64,000 nt of DNA, from assembly GCA_038231275.1 (NCBI GenBank), contig JBBRLQ010000001.1:480001-544000 (forward strand). The letters are read 5' to 3'. Position 1 is the first letter of the stretch, and each line of letters begins with the position of its first letter. Made by a program: the position numbers and the translations under genes. The notes under the pieces are model-generated. The model was not told where the DNA came from, made no database searches, and was given only the letters and a program-made list of their open reading frames with translations. Below, in pieces: positions 37,105-47,091 of the stretch. Source of the DNA: Polyangiales bacterium. GTDB taxonomy: Bacteria > Myxococcota_A > Polyangia > Polyangiales > Polyangiaceae.

Positions 37105-37650
37105 TCAGAGCGCGGCGGTGACGAGGCGCTCGAGCTCGGCGTCGCTCGTGACCCCCGTGCGAACGGCGAGGACCTTCCCCTCTTTGGACAGGAGAACGAG
37201 GGTCGGCAGGTTCTCGACGCCGTACTTCAGGGCGACGACGTTCGCGTCGTAGGCGATCGGAAACGAAATATTGTGCGCCTTCGCCCACGGGGCTGCGCGT
37301 CCCGGCTCATCGCTGGTGTTCACCCCGACGACGACGAGCCCCTTGTCCTTGAAGCGCTGCGCGACCTTGTCGAGGATCGGCGCCTCCGCTTGGCAGGGCC
37401 CACACCACGTCGCCCAAAAATCGAGGAGGACCGGCTTACCCTTCAGCTGGGCCAGCGTAACTTTGGGCGTTTCCGCGTTCGCGACCATGTCGAGCGTGAA
37501 GTCCGGCGCGTCCTTCCCGACGAACGCCGACTGCGCGTTCGGAAACAGGCGCGGGAGGACGGCGAAGCCGAACAGCATCGCGAGCAAGATTCCCACCACG
37601 CTGAGCGGGTAAAAGACCTTTCCCTCGTCGGCGGTGGCAGCGTTCGCCAT
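37105..37650 (-). CDS. TlpA family thiol-disulfide oxidoreductase
   Basis: APDFTL and DFWATWCGPC motifs; N-terminal TM. Confidence 0.92.
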   Translation of the reverse strand: MANAATADEGKVFYPLSVVGILLAMLFGFAVLPRLFPNAQSAFVGKDAPDFTLDMVANAETPKVTLAQLKGKPVLLDFWATWCGPCQAEAPILDKVAQRFKDKGLVVVGVNTSDEPGRAAPWAKAHNISFPIAYDANVVALKYGVENLPTLVLLSKEGKVLAVRTGVTSDAELERLVTAAL

Positions 37651-37687
37651 TCGCCATTCTCTAGCACGTGCTGCTAGAAAGGTCGCG

Positions 37688-39595
37688 ATGACGGCCGCCG
37701 TTCACGGTGCGAAGAAGGTCCAGACGCGATCGGATCTGGCCAAGCTGTCGCTCGGCGCGCTCGGCGTTGTGTACGGAGACATCGGCACGTCGCCCCTCTA
37801 CGCGCTCAAAGAGTGCCTCAGCGGCGAGCACGGCGTAGCGCCGACGCACGCGAACGTGATGGGCCTGCTCTCGCTCGTCTTCTGGTCGCTCACGCTCGTC
37901 ATCGTCATGAAGTACCTGTCGTTCATCATGCGCGCCGACAACCACGGCGAAGGCGGCATCCTCGCGCTCCTCGCGCTCCTCCGCGGTAAGGGTGGCGAGA
38001 CGCGCAGGAAGTCGGCGGCGGTGCTGCTGCTCATGGGTCTCTTCGGCGCGGCGCTGCTCTACGGCGACGGGATCATCACGCCGGCGATCAGCGTCTTGTC
38101 GGCGGTCGAAGGCCTCGAGGTCGCGACGAACACGTTCCAGCCGTTCGTGCTCCCGGTCACCGTCGCGATCCTGATTGGCCTCTTCGTCGCGCAGAAGCGC
38201 GGCACCGCGGGCATCGGCGCGATCTTCGGCCCGGCGATGCTGGTCTGGTTCGGCAGCATCGCGATCACCGGCGTCATCTGGATCGCGAAGGTGCCGAGCG
38301 TGCTCATGGCGGTGAACCCCGCGTACGCGATCGCCTTCTTCGTCGACCATCGCCTTCACGGCTTCCTCGTCCTCGCGGCGGTGGTCCTCTGCATCACCGG
38401 CGGCGAGGCGCTCTACGCCGACATGGGGCACTTCGGGGTACGGCCCATTCGCATCGCCTGGTACTCGATCGTCTTCCCGTGCCTGCTCCTCAACTACTTC
38501 GGGCAGGGGGCGGTGGTGCTGACGAAGGGCGCGGCGGCGGTGGCGAATCCGTTCTTCGCGATGGTCGACGGATGGATGGTCTACCCGTTCGTCGTCGTCG
38601 CCACCGTCGCGACGGTCATCGCGTCGCAGGCGCTCATTAGCGGCGCGTACTCGCTCACGCAGCAAGCGGTGCAGCTCGGGTACTGGCCGCGCGTATCGAT
38701 CGTTCACACGTCGGGCGACGCGGAGGGGCAGATCTACATCCCCGAAGTCAACAACGCGCTCATGGTCGCCTGCTGCATCCTCGTCCTCGCGTTCCGCAAG
38801 AGCACGAACCTCGCGTCGGCGTACGGCATCGCGGTGACCGGCACGATGAGCATCACCTCCATCCTCTTCTACGCCGTCGCGCGCGAGCGGTGGAAGTGGG
38901 GGCGCCTCCACGCCGGCGCGATCACCGCGCTGTTCCTTTCGTTCGATCTCGCGTTTTTCTTCGCGAACGCGACCAAAGTGGCCGACGGCGGGTGGGTGCC
39001 GCTCGCGATGGCGCTCGTCGTCTTCACGACCATGACGACCTGGAAGCGCGGACGCGACACGCTCTACGCGTTCCTCCGCGGCATCACGCTGCCGCTCGAC
39101 ATGTTCATGGAGGACATGAGCCGGCAGGAGCCTCACCGCGTGAAGGGCACCGCCGTGTTCATGACGTCGAACCCCGAGGGCGCGCCGCCGGTGCTCCTCC
39201 ACCATTTCAAGCACAACAAGGTGCTCCACCAGAAGGTAGTGCTCCTCGCGATCACGACGCACCACGAGCCGGAGGTGCCGGCGTCCGAGCGAATCCAGGT
39301 GATCCGCGATCTGGGGCACGGCTTCCACCAAGTGACGGCGGCGTACGGATTCATGCAGACGCCGAACGTCCTCGACGTGCTCCAGCGCTGCGCGGACGCG
39401 GGGCTCGTGACCGACAAGAACGACACGAGCTTCTTCCTGGGGCGCGAGACGCTGATCATCACGGATCGTCCCGGCATGGCGAAGTGGCGCAAGATCCTCT
39501 TTGCGTTCCTCTCGCGCAACGCACGGCCGGCGAATGCGTTTTTTCGAATTCCGCCGAATCGCGTCGTCGAGTTGGGGACGCAGATCGAGCTCTGA
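37688..39595 (+). CDS. kup: Potassium transporter Kup
   Basis: GVVYGDIGTSPLY, GEGGILAL, TGGEALYADMGHFG and GQIYIP motifs. Confidence 0.97.
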   Translation: MTAAVHGAKKVQTRSDLAKLSLGALGVVYGDIGTSPLYALKECLSGEHGVAPTHANVMGLLSLVFWSLTLVIVMKYLSFIMRADNHGEGGILALLALLRGKGGETRRKSAAVLLLMGLFGAALLYGDGIITPAISVLSAVEGLEVATNTFQPFVLPVTVAILIGLFVAQKRGTAGIGAIFGPAMLVWFGSIAITGVIWIAKVPSVLMAVNPAYAIAFFVDHRLHGFLVLAAVVLCITGGEALYADMGHFGVRPIRIAWYSIVFPCLLLNYFGQGAVVLTKGAAAVANPFFAMVDGWMVYPFVVVATVATVIASQALISGAYSLTQQAVQLGYWPRVSIVHTSGDAEGQIYIPEVNNALMVACCILVLAFRKSTNLASAYGIAVTGTMSITSILFYAVARERWKWGRLHAGAITALFLSFDLAFFFANATKVADGGWVPLAMALVVFTTMTTWKRGRDTLYAFLRGITLPLDMFMEDMSRQEPHRVKGTAVFMTSNPEGAPPVLLHHFKHNKVLHQKVVLLAITTHHEPEVPASERIQVIRDLGHGFHQVTAAYGFMQTPNVLDVLQRCADAGLVTDKNDTSFFLGRETLIITDRPGMAKWRKILFAFLSRNARPANAFFRIPPNRVVELGTQIEL

Positions 39596-39615
39596 ATTTG
39601 GTCGCGATGCGGGGC

Positions 39616-39754
39616 GCGGCTAGGCGGGCTCGCCCCTCCTTTGCCCTGGCGGGGGTGCGCCCTCGCGCCGGCGACGCGGTAGATGCCTAGTGAAACGGGG
39701 CCGCCGGCGCGTGGAGTCCTTACGGGCAAAGGAGGGGCGAGCCCGCCCAGCCGC
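39616..39754. repeat. 139-bp element with 31-bp terminal inverted repeats (MITE/REP-like)
   Basis: Arms 39616-39646 and 39724-39754 match 30/31; internal CGCGCCGGCG/CGCCGGCGCG inverted repeat. Confidence 0.8.
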
Positions 39755-39778
39755 TACTCGGGTGCGTGAAAAGAAAAC

Positions 39779-41494
39779 TCAGCGGGTCGAGGGGGGGGAG
39801 GGGTCGACGCGGATGAGCTCGGCGCGGGAGGCGCGATCGCGGCCGGCGTGGGGGGCGAGGGCGTCGGGGCTGGGGAGGTGGACGACGAAGGCGGCGCCGC
39901 CGAGAGAGGTGCTCTCGCCGGCGTCGATGGAGCCGTTGTGCTCGACCACGATCTTTTTCACGATCGCGAGGCCGAGCCCGGTGCCGTCGTCCTTTGTCGT
40001 GAAGTAGGGATCGAAGACGCGCGTGCGTGATTCTTCGGGGATGCCGGGGCCGTCGTCTTCGACCGTGATGGCGGTGCCGGTGCCCTCGGCGCGTGCGCTG
40101 ACGACGACGTTGCCAATGGCGCCGTCCTTGTCCTTGTTGGCGTCGCGGATCGCCTGGACCGAGTTTCGTACGAGGTTGACGACGACGCGGCGGAGCATCT
40201 GGCGATCGATGGCGGCGCGGAGCGGCTCGTCGGGGAGGCGCCAGGAGATGGACACGTTGTGGAGGGCGATAGGCTCGGCGTCGGGCGAGTCGGTGCCGAG
40301 CGATACGTCCTCGAGGTGGGCAAGCTGTTCGGAGCAGTCGCGCAAGAAATCGCGGAGGCTGTGCTCTTTCAGCTCGGCCTGCGGGAGGCGCGCGAAGTTC
40401 GAGAAGTTGCCGACGAGGCGACGGAGCGTGCCGACCTCCTCCTCGACCACCTCGAGCGTCGTGTCGAGGAGCGCGCGGTACTTCGTGTCCTCGCCGGCGT
40501 ACTTGCGGTGGCACTCTTGGACCGCGAGCTGGATGGGCGTCAGCGGGTTCTTGATCTCGTGCGCGAGGCGCTTTGCCATCTCTTGCCATGCGCCGATTCG
40601 CTGCAAATATTCGATGCGCGCGCGTGACTGGGCCATCTCGCCGAGCATGCGGTTGAAGGTGCTCGCGAGGTCCGTGAGCTCGTCGGACCCGGTGACCGGG
40701 ACGCGGACCGAGAAGTCTCCTTCGGCGACGAGGTTGATGGCGGCGGCGAGGCGGTTGATTCGTCGCGTGACGCCGCGCGCGAGGAGCGTGCCGAGCACCA
40801 CCGTGAGGAGCATCGTGATGACGAGGAGGCCCGCGAAGATGAAGAGCGCGACCCGGTAGATCTCGGGCTGCGACTTTTCCATGTTGTGGTACTCGGTCAC
40901 CGCGTTGGCGGTCGAGTTGATCTCGTCGAGGTGCTCGTCGAGTCGCGCGCGATCGATCGCGAACATCGCCGCGATCTTGATCGCGTCCTTCTTGGAGGGA
41001 TCTTCCCAGACCGCACGCTCCACGTTGAGCGTGCGCTCCGTCGCGTCGTCGACCGCGCGGCCTCGGTGGCGCTCGGCGAGGGTCTTTTTCTCCATCTCGT
41101 CGCCGGCGTCGTCGAGCTTCACGTCGGCGATCGTGAGCGACACGAGCTCGGGGAAACGAGGGAAGAGCGCGTCGAGCTGCACCTCGATGAGGGCGTGGTT
41201 CCGGGTCTTGCAGGCTTCGCGCAGAAGCTCGTCGGTCGCGATCGCGTCGGTCTGATGACGCATGTCGGTCTTGATGGCCGCGACGTAATCCTTGTAGAGC
41301 GCCGCGCCGCGATCGAGCTGGCGGCCGACCTCCGGCTTGAACCACAGGGCCGACGCGTAGCCGAACATCCAGTTCGCGAGGAGCAGCGCGGCGGCGAGGG
41401 GAAGGACCGCCGTGAAGAGGATCACGAGCGCGAGCCTCGACTCGATTTTCCCCGGAAAACGCAGCGCCACGCGGGTCACGAGGGGAGTGTACAC
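39779..41494 (-). CDS. NtrY-like HAMP sensor histidine kinase
   Basis: Two TMs; AWQEMAKRLAHEIKNPLTPI, NLVRNS, DDGPGI and GTGLGL motifs. Confidence 0.93.
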   Translation of the reverse strand: MYTPLVTRVALRFPGKIESRLALVILFTAVLPLAAALLLANWMFGYASALWFKPEVGRQLDRGAALYKDYVAAIKTDMRHQTDAIATDELLREACKTRNHALIEVQLDALFPRFPELVSLTIADVKLDDAGDEMEKKTLAERHRGRAVDDATERTLNVERAVWEDPSKKDAIKIAAMFAIDRARLDEHLDEINSTANAVTEYHNMEKSQPEIYRVALFIFAGLLVITMLLTVVLGTLLARGVTRRINRLAAAINLVAEGDFSVRVPVTGSDELTDLASTFNRMLGEMAQSRARIEYLQRIGAWQEMAKRLAHEIKNPLTPIQLAVQECHRKYAGEDTKYRALLDTTLEVVEEEVGTLRRLVGNFSNFARLPQAELKEHSLRDFLRDCSEQLAHLEDVSLGTDSPDAEPIALHNVSISWRLPDEPLRAAIDRQMLRRVVVNLVRNSVQAIRDANKDKDGAIGNVVVSARAEGTGTAITVEDDGPGIPEESRTRVFDPYFTTKDDGTGLGLAIVKKIVVEHNGSIDAGESTSLGGAAFVVHLPSPDALAPHAGRDRASRAELIRVDPSPPSTR

Positions 41495-41505
41495 TCGAGG
41501 GCAAG

Positions 41506-42522
41506 ATGCAGCTGTCTCAGGTGCGCCTGGTCGGCGTGGGGCCCTTCGAGGACCTCACCGTCCGCCTCGGTGACGACGAGGGGGCGCTGCGTCGGCTCAC
41601 GGTGGTCCTCGGAGCGGGTGGCGTCGGCAAGACGTCCCTCCTCGCGTCGATCGCGTCGACGCGCCCTGGCTCGTCGGTGCCGGTTCGTCCGCGCCTGGGA
41701 CAAACCGGAGCGGCGTTCGTGGTCGCCGACTGGATCCTGGGCGACGACGATCCGGCGCGGCCTCACCCGCTGCGCGTGACGAGCCCCAACGCCGTGCTCG
41801 AGGAGCGCGAGGACGAGGCGGTGCTCCGTCGGCGCGAGCAAGCGCTGTTCGATCGCCGCGCCACCGAGGGAGGCTTCGTCCTGGTCGGCTTCTCCGCGAT
41901 GCGTTCGCTGCCGCGCGCGCCTCTGTCGCTCGCGCCGGGCGAGCGCGCGTCGGTAGGGAGGTACGACGCGCGCGCGAACGTGACGTTCGACGACGCCTCA
42001 CGCGCCGACGTCGCGCGCGAGACGAAGCAAGCGCTCGCGGTCGGATCGGTGCGCGCGTCTCTCGGCGGCCCGCGGGCGCTCGACGACGCCCTGCGCGAGG
42101 TCACGACGGCGCTCCAGCCTTTGACTGGCTGCGCGTTCGAGGGGGCCGATCCCTCCACGTTCGAGCCGATGTTCGACACCGGCGGCGTCACGAGGGCGTC
42201 GTTCGACGAGCTCCCGGCGAGCGCGCGCGGGGTCCTCGCGTTCGGGGTCCTCACGGCGCGCGCCCTCCACGCGGCGTATCCGGCGAAGCCGCCGCGCGCG
42301 TCGGAGGGCGTCGTCCTCATCGACGAGGTCGAGCTCCATCAAGAGCCGGAGATCGCGCGCGCGATCGTGCCGGCCCTCACGCGTCTGTTCCCTCGCGTGC
42401 AGTGGGTCGTGAGCACGCAGCAGCCGGCGGTCGCGCGCGCGTGCGAGTCCGAGGCCGTGCTCGCTCTCCGGCGAATGCCGAGCTCGTCGCGCGTGGAGCT
42501 CTTCGCGGGGACGATTCACTGA
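41506..42522 (+). CDS. ABC/AAA_21-like ATPase, divergent
   Basis: GAGGVGKTS Walker A; VVLIDEVELH Walker B; FPRVQWVVSTQQP. Confidence 0.75.
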   Translation: MQLSQVRLVGVGPFEDLTVRLGDDEGALRRLTVVLGAGGVGKTSLLASIASTRPGSSVPVRPRLGQTGAAFVVADWILGDDDPARPHPLRVTSPNAVLEEREDEAVLRRREQALFDRRATEGGFVLVGFSAMRSLPRAPLSLAPGERASVGRYDARANVTFDDASRADVARETKQALAVGSVRASLGGPRALDDALREVTTALQPLTGCAFEGADPSTFEPMFDTGGVTRASFDELPASARGVLAFGVLTARALHAAYPAKPPRASEGVVLIDEVELHQEPEIARAIVPALTRLFPRVQWVVSTQQPAVARACESEAVLALRRMPSSSRVELFAGTIH

Positions 42523-42558
42523 GTGGAGCGAAGCGCAGCGGAGCGAAACGCTCGTGGG
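42519..42558 (+). repeat. 40-bp REP-like repeat, copy 1
   Basis: CTGAGTGGAGCGAAGCGCAGCGGAGCGAAACGCTCGTGGG; 38/40 identical to 44575-44614. Confidence 0.85.
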
Positions 42559-42590
42559 GGCAGCCAGGTCGCGCACCCGATAAGGATCGT

Positions 42591-43550
42591 TCAGGGCCCC
42601 CACCAAAGAAGCTCGTGCGTCTCGACGCGCTTGTCGACGCTGACGATGACCTCGAGCTTCGCGCCGTCCTCGCTCGCCCGCACGATCGGCTCGGGGAACG
42701 CGTCCGAGGGCCAGTACGCCGCCTTCTCGAAGCCCGCCGCGGTGAGCCAATAGAGGTAGAGCCCCTTCTCGCCGGGCCCGTACACGAGGAGCATCCGACC
42801 GCCGCCGAGCCAGAGGAAATCGAGCCACTTGAAGCCTAGCTCGGCGAACCGCTCGGGGCTCGGGAAGTGCTCGCCGACGTCGCGAAGCTCGGGCAAATGG
42901 GCCTTCAAGTGCTTGTAGAATACATCGTACCGGGCCGACTTCGCGATGCGCGGGAGACGGCGGTCGGGCGGGGCGATGACGGGCAGCGCCTCGGGCGTCG
43001 CGCAGGGGATCTCGACGAGGGCGCGGTAGCGATCGGCGAGGGTCGCCTGCGCGTCGGGCGCGTCGTCGGCGAGCGAGCGCAGCCACCAGTGGAAGACCGC
43101 GAGGTCGGCCTCACCGGCGCGTGACGACAGATGAACGAGGCTCTCCCATAGCGGTCGCCGCACGCGCCACGATCCGCCGTGCGCCGCGACGATGCACGCG
43201 CCCACGTACGCCGCGCCGTGTACGACCGCATTGAAGAGGGCGCTTGCAGGATCACCGGCCGCGCCCAGCGCCCGCCATCGATCGCGCGTCGCCGGCGTGA
43301 GGGCCGCGCTCAGGCGGTGGACGCTGGCGTCCGTGCGATCGAGGAGCGGCGCGTCGTCGCCGAAGAGCGCAGGCGCGTTGGCCACGAACGCGTCGGCCGC
43401 CTCTTCGAGGTGCCGCACGAACGACGGGTTGTTCGCGGGGTTCGCGTCGGTCCTCCGCGCACGCGCGAGGTCCTCGCGCGCGTCGGGCGGGGTGAGCGGG
43501 AGAAAGTAGTCGCGAAGGAGCGACTCCGCGGTGACCTTCGGGGACGACAC
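42591..43550 (-). CDS. Hypothetical protein
   Basis: 319-aa ORF with a protein-like, Trp-rich sequence. Confidence 0.75.
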   Translation of the reverse strand: MSSPKVTAESLLRDYFLPLTPPDAREDLARARRTDANPANNPSFVRHLEEAADAFVANAPALFGDDAPLLDRTDASVHRLSAALTPATRDRWRALGAAGDPASALFNAVVHGAAYVGACIVAAHGGSWRVRRPLWESLVHLSSRAGEADLAVFHWWLRSLADDAPDAQATLADRYRALVEIPCATPEALPVIAPPDRRLPRIAKSARYDVFYKHLKAHLPELRDVGEHFPSPERFAELGFKWLDFLWLGGGRMLLVYGPGEKGLYLYWLTAAGFEKAAYWPSDAFPEPIVRASEDGAKLEVIVSVDKRVETHELLWWGP

Positions 43551-43582
43551 CGGCGTGTGCCTACCACACCGCGCGGCTCCTA

Positions 43583-44578
43583 GTGTACCTTCCCCCCGTG
43601 TTCACGACCGACGTGCGCTTCGAAGGGTGGACGACGGAGGCGTGGCAGCGCTTCCTCCACCTCTGGAAGCCCCGCGCGTCGCCCGATCGCGAGCCGACGC
43701 GTCCCCGCGGAGGAGTCTTCGCGATCCACGAGGCGGGGCGACTCCGGAAGCTCCTCCACACGCGCACCGGTCGCCTCGATTTGCAGGCCACGGCGTGGCC
43801 GGTGCCGCTCTCCGAGCTCTGCGCGCAGCACCACGCGAGCTGGGCGCTCGCCGGTCACGCCGGCGCGCTCGAGGAGATCATGGAGCGCTTCGGCGCGCGG
43901 GCGAAGCGCGCCGACGATCTCGTGGCGCAGTCGCTCACGCTCGTGCAGATCGCGCGCGAGATGATGATCGAGGGGGCCATCGAGGTGTGGCCCGTGCGCC
44001 TCCACGGCATCCCGCCGCCCAGCGAGCCGATGGTGCGCCGCGCGATGGATGCACTCTGCACGGATGGAAAATGCATCGCCCTCGGCATGTTCAAGGACGG
44101 CGACCTGTGGACCGCCTTCGTCGCGCGCCGCCGTGGCGCGGGCTTCGACGTCGTCGCCGGGCCGGACGAGCTACGTCATCACATGGGCCTCCTCTCCGGC
44201 GACTGGCGGCGCGACTACCGGCACCTCGTTCGCGCGGTCGAAGACGCGTATGCGCCGCTCTCGTTCGGGTGCTTCGCGGAGGTCGACACGTTCCGCGCGC
44301 TTCAAGTCGACGCGCGACCCGGCGCGTGGGGGCGCGCGGTGGCGGTGCGCGACATCGTGCTGTCGCCGATCCCGACCGCGGTCGGCCTTGCGCTCGGCGT
44401 CGACGGCGCGCGCTACGCGTTCGAAAATCTGAAGCGCGTCACCGGCCGCATCGGCCTCCTCGATCCGGTGCTCGCGTCGATGCGCGCACACCTCGGGAGC
44501 GCGGCCGGCGAGAAGGACGTGTCGAACGTGCTGGGCTTCGACCCCATGCACGCGCTCCGGCAGCTCTTGCGGCGCTGA
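43583..44578 (+). CDS. Hypothetical protein
   Basis: 331-aa ORF with host-like codon usage. Confidence 0.75.
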   Translation: MYLPPVFTTDVRFEGWTTEAWQRFLHLWKPRASPDREPTRPRGGVFAIHEAGRLRKLLHTRTGRLDLQATAWPVPLSELCAQHHASWALAGHAGALEEIMERFGARAKRADDLVAQSLTLVQIAREMMIEGAIEVWPVRLHGIPPPSEPMVRRAMDALCTDGKCIALGMFKDGDLWTAFVARRRGAGFDVVAGPDELRHHMGLLSGDWRRDYRHLVRAVEDAYAPLSFGCFAEVDTFRALQVDARPGAWGRAVAVRDIVLSPIPTAVGLALGVDGARYAFENLKRVTGRIGLLDPVLASMRAHLGSAAGEKDVSNVLGFDPMHALRQLLRR

Positions 44579-44614
44579 GTGGAGCGAAGCGCAGCGGAGC
44601 GAGACGCTCCTGGG
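44575..44614 (+). repeat. 40-bp REP-like repeat, copy 2
   Basis: CTGAGTGGAGCGAAGCGCAGCGGAGCGAGACGCTCCTGGG. Confidence 0.85.
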
Positions 44615-44626
44615 CTCCTGGAGCCG

Positions 44627-45109
44627 TCAGCCGGCGTCGGTGTCGGCGTCGGTGATTGCGGAGTCGCTCGCGTCGTCGTTCGCGTCGACGCCGGCGTCCG
44701 CCGGGCCCGCATCGGGCGGCGGCGTCACGTCCGCGCCGGTGTCGGCGGGTCCGCCCTCGGAGACCCCGCCGTCGGCGAGGCACGACGGACCCGCGGTGAA
44801 CGCGTCCATCGCGCGTACGCAGTCCGGATCGCTGCCGGACACGTCGAAGAACGGCGGGTACGGCTCACACTCGGTGCCGACGAAGATCGCACGATCGCCG
44901 CCGTCCCCGGTCGTCGCGACGAGGCAAACGAGCGCGCAGAGCCCGCCCGGCTCCGTCCCGTCGACGACGTCGAGCGAGGAGATCGGGTCGACGCACCCGC
45001 GCGCGCGATCGAAGCGGCGCGCCGGGTAGATGTGCGACGTCGAGCCGCACGCCACCGCGATCAGGATCGCGAGCCCCAGCGCGACGCAGCCGACGCCGAG
45101 CCGCCTCAT
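44627..45109 (-). CDS. Cys-containing lipoprotein with acidic DAG-rich tail
   Basis: Lipobox AVAC; overlaps the aspS stop. Confidence 0.75.
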   Translation of the reverse strand: MRRLGVGCVALGLAILIAVACGSTSHIYPARRFDRARGCVDPISSLDVVDGTEPGGLCALVCLVATTGDGGDRAIFVGTECEPYPPFFDVSGSDPDCVRAMDAFTAGPSCLADGGVSEGGPADTGADVTPPPDAGPADAGVDANDDASDSAITDADTDAG

Positions 45110-46998
45110 TGCGGAGGCTCGATCACCTTGATTTTGAGCTCGACGAGCTGCTCGGGCGACGCCTTGCTCGGCGCGTCGGTCATCAGATCCGTGCCCTTCT
45201 GCGTCTTGGGGAACGGGATGACGTCACGCAGGCTGTCGGCGCCCGACAGGAGCATCGCCAGGCGATCCATGCCGATCGCGATCCCGCCGTGCGGCGGCGC
45301 GCCGAAGCGCAGCGCGTCGAGGAGGAAGCCGAATTTGGCGCGCGCGTCATCGTCGGAGATGCCGAGCGCGCGGAAGACCTTGGACTGCACCGCCGGATCG
45401 TGGAGGCGGATCGATCCACCGCCGATCTCGAAGCCGTTCAAGACGAGGTCGTAGCGGTAGCAGAGGACCTTGCCGGGATCCTTGTCGAGGAGATCGACGC
45501 ACTCGTCGTGCGGGCGCGTGAAGGCGTGGTGGGCGGCGGCCCAGGTCTTCTTGTCGTCGTCGTACTCGAAGAGCGGCGGGTTCACGACCCACAGGAAGTT
45601 CCATTTGCCGCCGTGGCCGACCTCGGGGATGAGGCCGAGCCGCTTGGCGAGGTGGACGCGCAGGTTCGCCATCACCGTCTGGACGGTGCTCTCCTTGCCG
45701 AACTGGAAGAGGAGCAAGTCGCCGCTCTCGGCCTTCGTCGCGGCATTGATCGCGTCGCGCAGCTCCGGCGTGATCGTCTTGGCGAGCGGTGACTGCGTCC
45801 ACTGCAGGGTGCCGTCCTTGCCGTCGATCTTCGCGCGCGCGAGCCCCTTGGCCCCCATGCCCTTGACGTACTCTTCGAGCTTGTCGATCTCCGTGCGCGA
45901 GAGCTTCGACGCGTGCTCGGCGGGGATGCGCAGCGCCTTGACGATCTCGGCGGGAAGATCCGCGCGGTACTGGCCGCTCTTGAATTTCTCGGCGATGGGC
46001 TGAAAGAAGGGGATGCCGCCGCCGCCCTGCGCGACGACGATCGCCGTGAGATCGGTGTGCGGCATGCCGAAGCGCAAGTCCGGCTTGTCGTTGCCGTAAT
46101 TTCCCATCGACTCTTCGAACGGCATCTGCGGGAAGCGGCCGCTCGGATAGAGCTCGTGGAGATCCACCCCGAGGACCTCCTTCCACACCTTGAAGATGAG
46201 GCCTTCCATGACGCGGAAGACGTCGTCCTGGTTCACGAACGACATCTCGACGTCGATCTGCGTGAACTCGGGCTGGCGATCGACGCGGAGATCCTCGTCG
46301 CGGAAGCATTTGACGATCTGGAAGTACCGATCGAAGCCGGCCACCATGTAGAGCTGCTTGAAGAGCTGCGGGCTCTCCGCGAGGGCGAAGAATTTGCCCG
46401 GGTTCATCCGGCTGGGGACGAGGAAGTTGCGGGCGCCGCCTGGCGTGTACTTCACCATCACGGGCGTCTCGAGCTCGAGGAAGCCGGCGTCGTCGAAGTA
46501 GCGCCGCGTCGTCTGGTGGATGCGGTGGCGAACGCGGAGGGTCTTCTGGAGCGGGGCGCGGCGAAGGTCGAGGTAGCGGTACTGGAGGCGCTTCTCTTCG
46601 CCGGTGTCGAGATCGTCGGTGATCTCGAAGGGCGGGGTGTCGGCGCGGTTGAAGACGTTGAGCTCGACCACGCGGATTTCGATCTCACCGGTCGGGAGGC
46701 GAGGGTTCTTGTTCCCGCCGCGCCCGACGACGATGCCGCGGACGCCGATGACCCACTCGCTGCGGAGCGCCTGCGCGGCGTCGTGCGCGGCCTTCGGCGC
46801 GTCGCCGTGGCCCTTCATGTCGGGATCGAAGACGAGCTGGGTGATGCCCTCGCGGTCCCGGAGATCGACGAAGACGCAGCCGCCGTGATCTCGGTAGCTC
46901 GCCACCCAGCCGAAGAGGACGACCTCTTTGCCCTCGTCGCTCGCGCGCAGGGCGGCGCAGTGGTGGGTGCGTTTCAGCTCGTCGATGAACCTGGCCAC
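45106..46998 (-). CDS. aspS: Aspartate--tRNA ligase (probably non-discriminating)
   Basis: RDHGG, RYRYLDLR-like, SPQLFKQ, CFRDED, RQPEFTQ, GGGSIR and PPHGG motifs; His in RDHGG is typical of non-discriminating enzymes. Confidence 0.96.
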   Translation of the reverse strand: MARFIDELKRTHHCAALRASDEGKEVVLFGWVASYRDHGGCVFVDLRDREGITQLVFDPDMKGHGDAPKAAHDAAQALRSEWVIGVRGIVVGRGGNKNPRLPTGEIEIRVVELNVFNRADTPPFEITDDLDTGEEKRLQYRYLDLRRAPLQKTLRVRHRIHQTTRRYFDDAGFLELETPVMVKYTPGGARNFLVPSRMNPGKFFALAESPQLFKQLYMVAGFDRYFQIVKCFRDEDLRVDRQPEFTQIDVEMSFVNQDDVFRVMEGLIFKVWKEVLGVDLHELYPSGRFPQMPFEESMGNYGNDKPDLRFGMPHTDLTAIVVAQGGGGIPFFQPIAEKFKSGQYRADLPAEIVKALRIPAEHASKLSRTEIDKLEEYVKGMGAKGLARAKIDGKDGTLQWTQSPLAKTITPELRDAINAATKAESGDLLLFQFGKESTVQTVMANLRVHLAKRLGLIPEVGHGGKWNFLWVVNPPLFEYDDDKKTWAAAHHAFTRPHDECVDLLDKDPGKVLCYRYDLVLNGFEIGGGSIRLHDPAVQSKVFRALGISDDDARAKFGFLLDALRFGAPPHGGIAIGMDRLAMLLSGADSLRDVIPFPKTQKGTDLMTDAPSKASPEQLVELKIKVIEPPQ

Positions 46999-47091
46999 GA
47001 GACCTCCGCAAGGAACGTTGGGGGCACGGATGCTACCACCGCGCGGCTCCGAATTCTGTACCCCTCCGCCGCGGCGTCGTAAGACGGCCTT

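Noticed and set aside
39616-39754. Retron msr-msd, 6S RNA or hammerhead ribozyme
   Set aside because: No reverse transcriptase nearby, shorter than typical 6S RNA, and no CTGATGA core; kept only as a repeat element.
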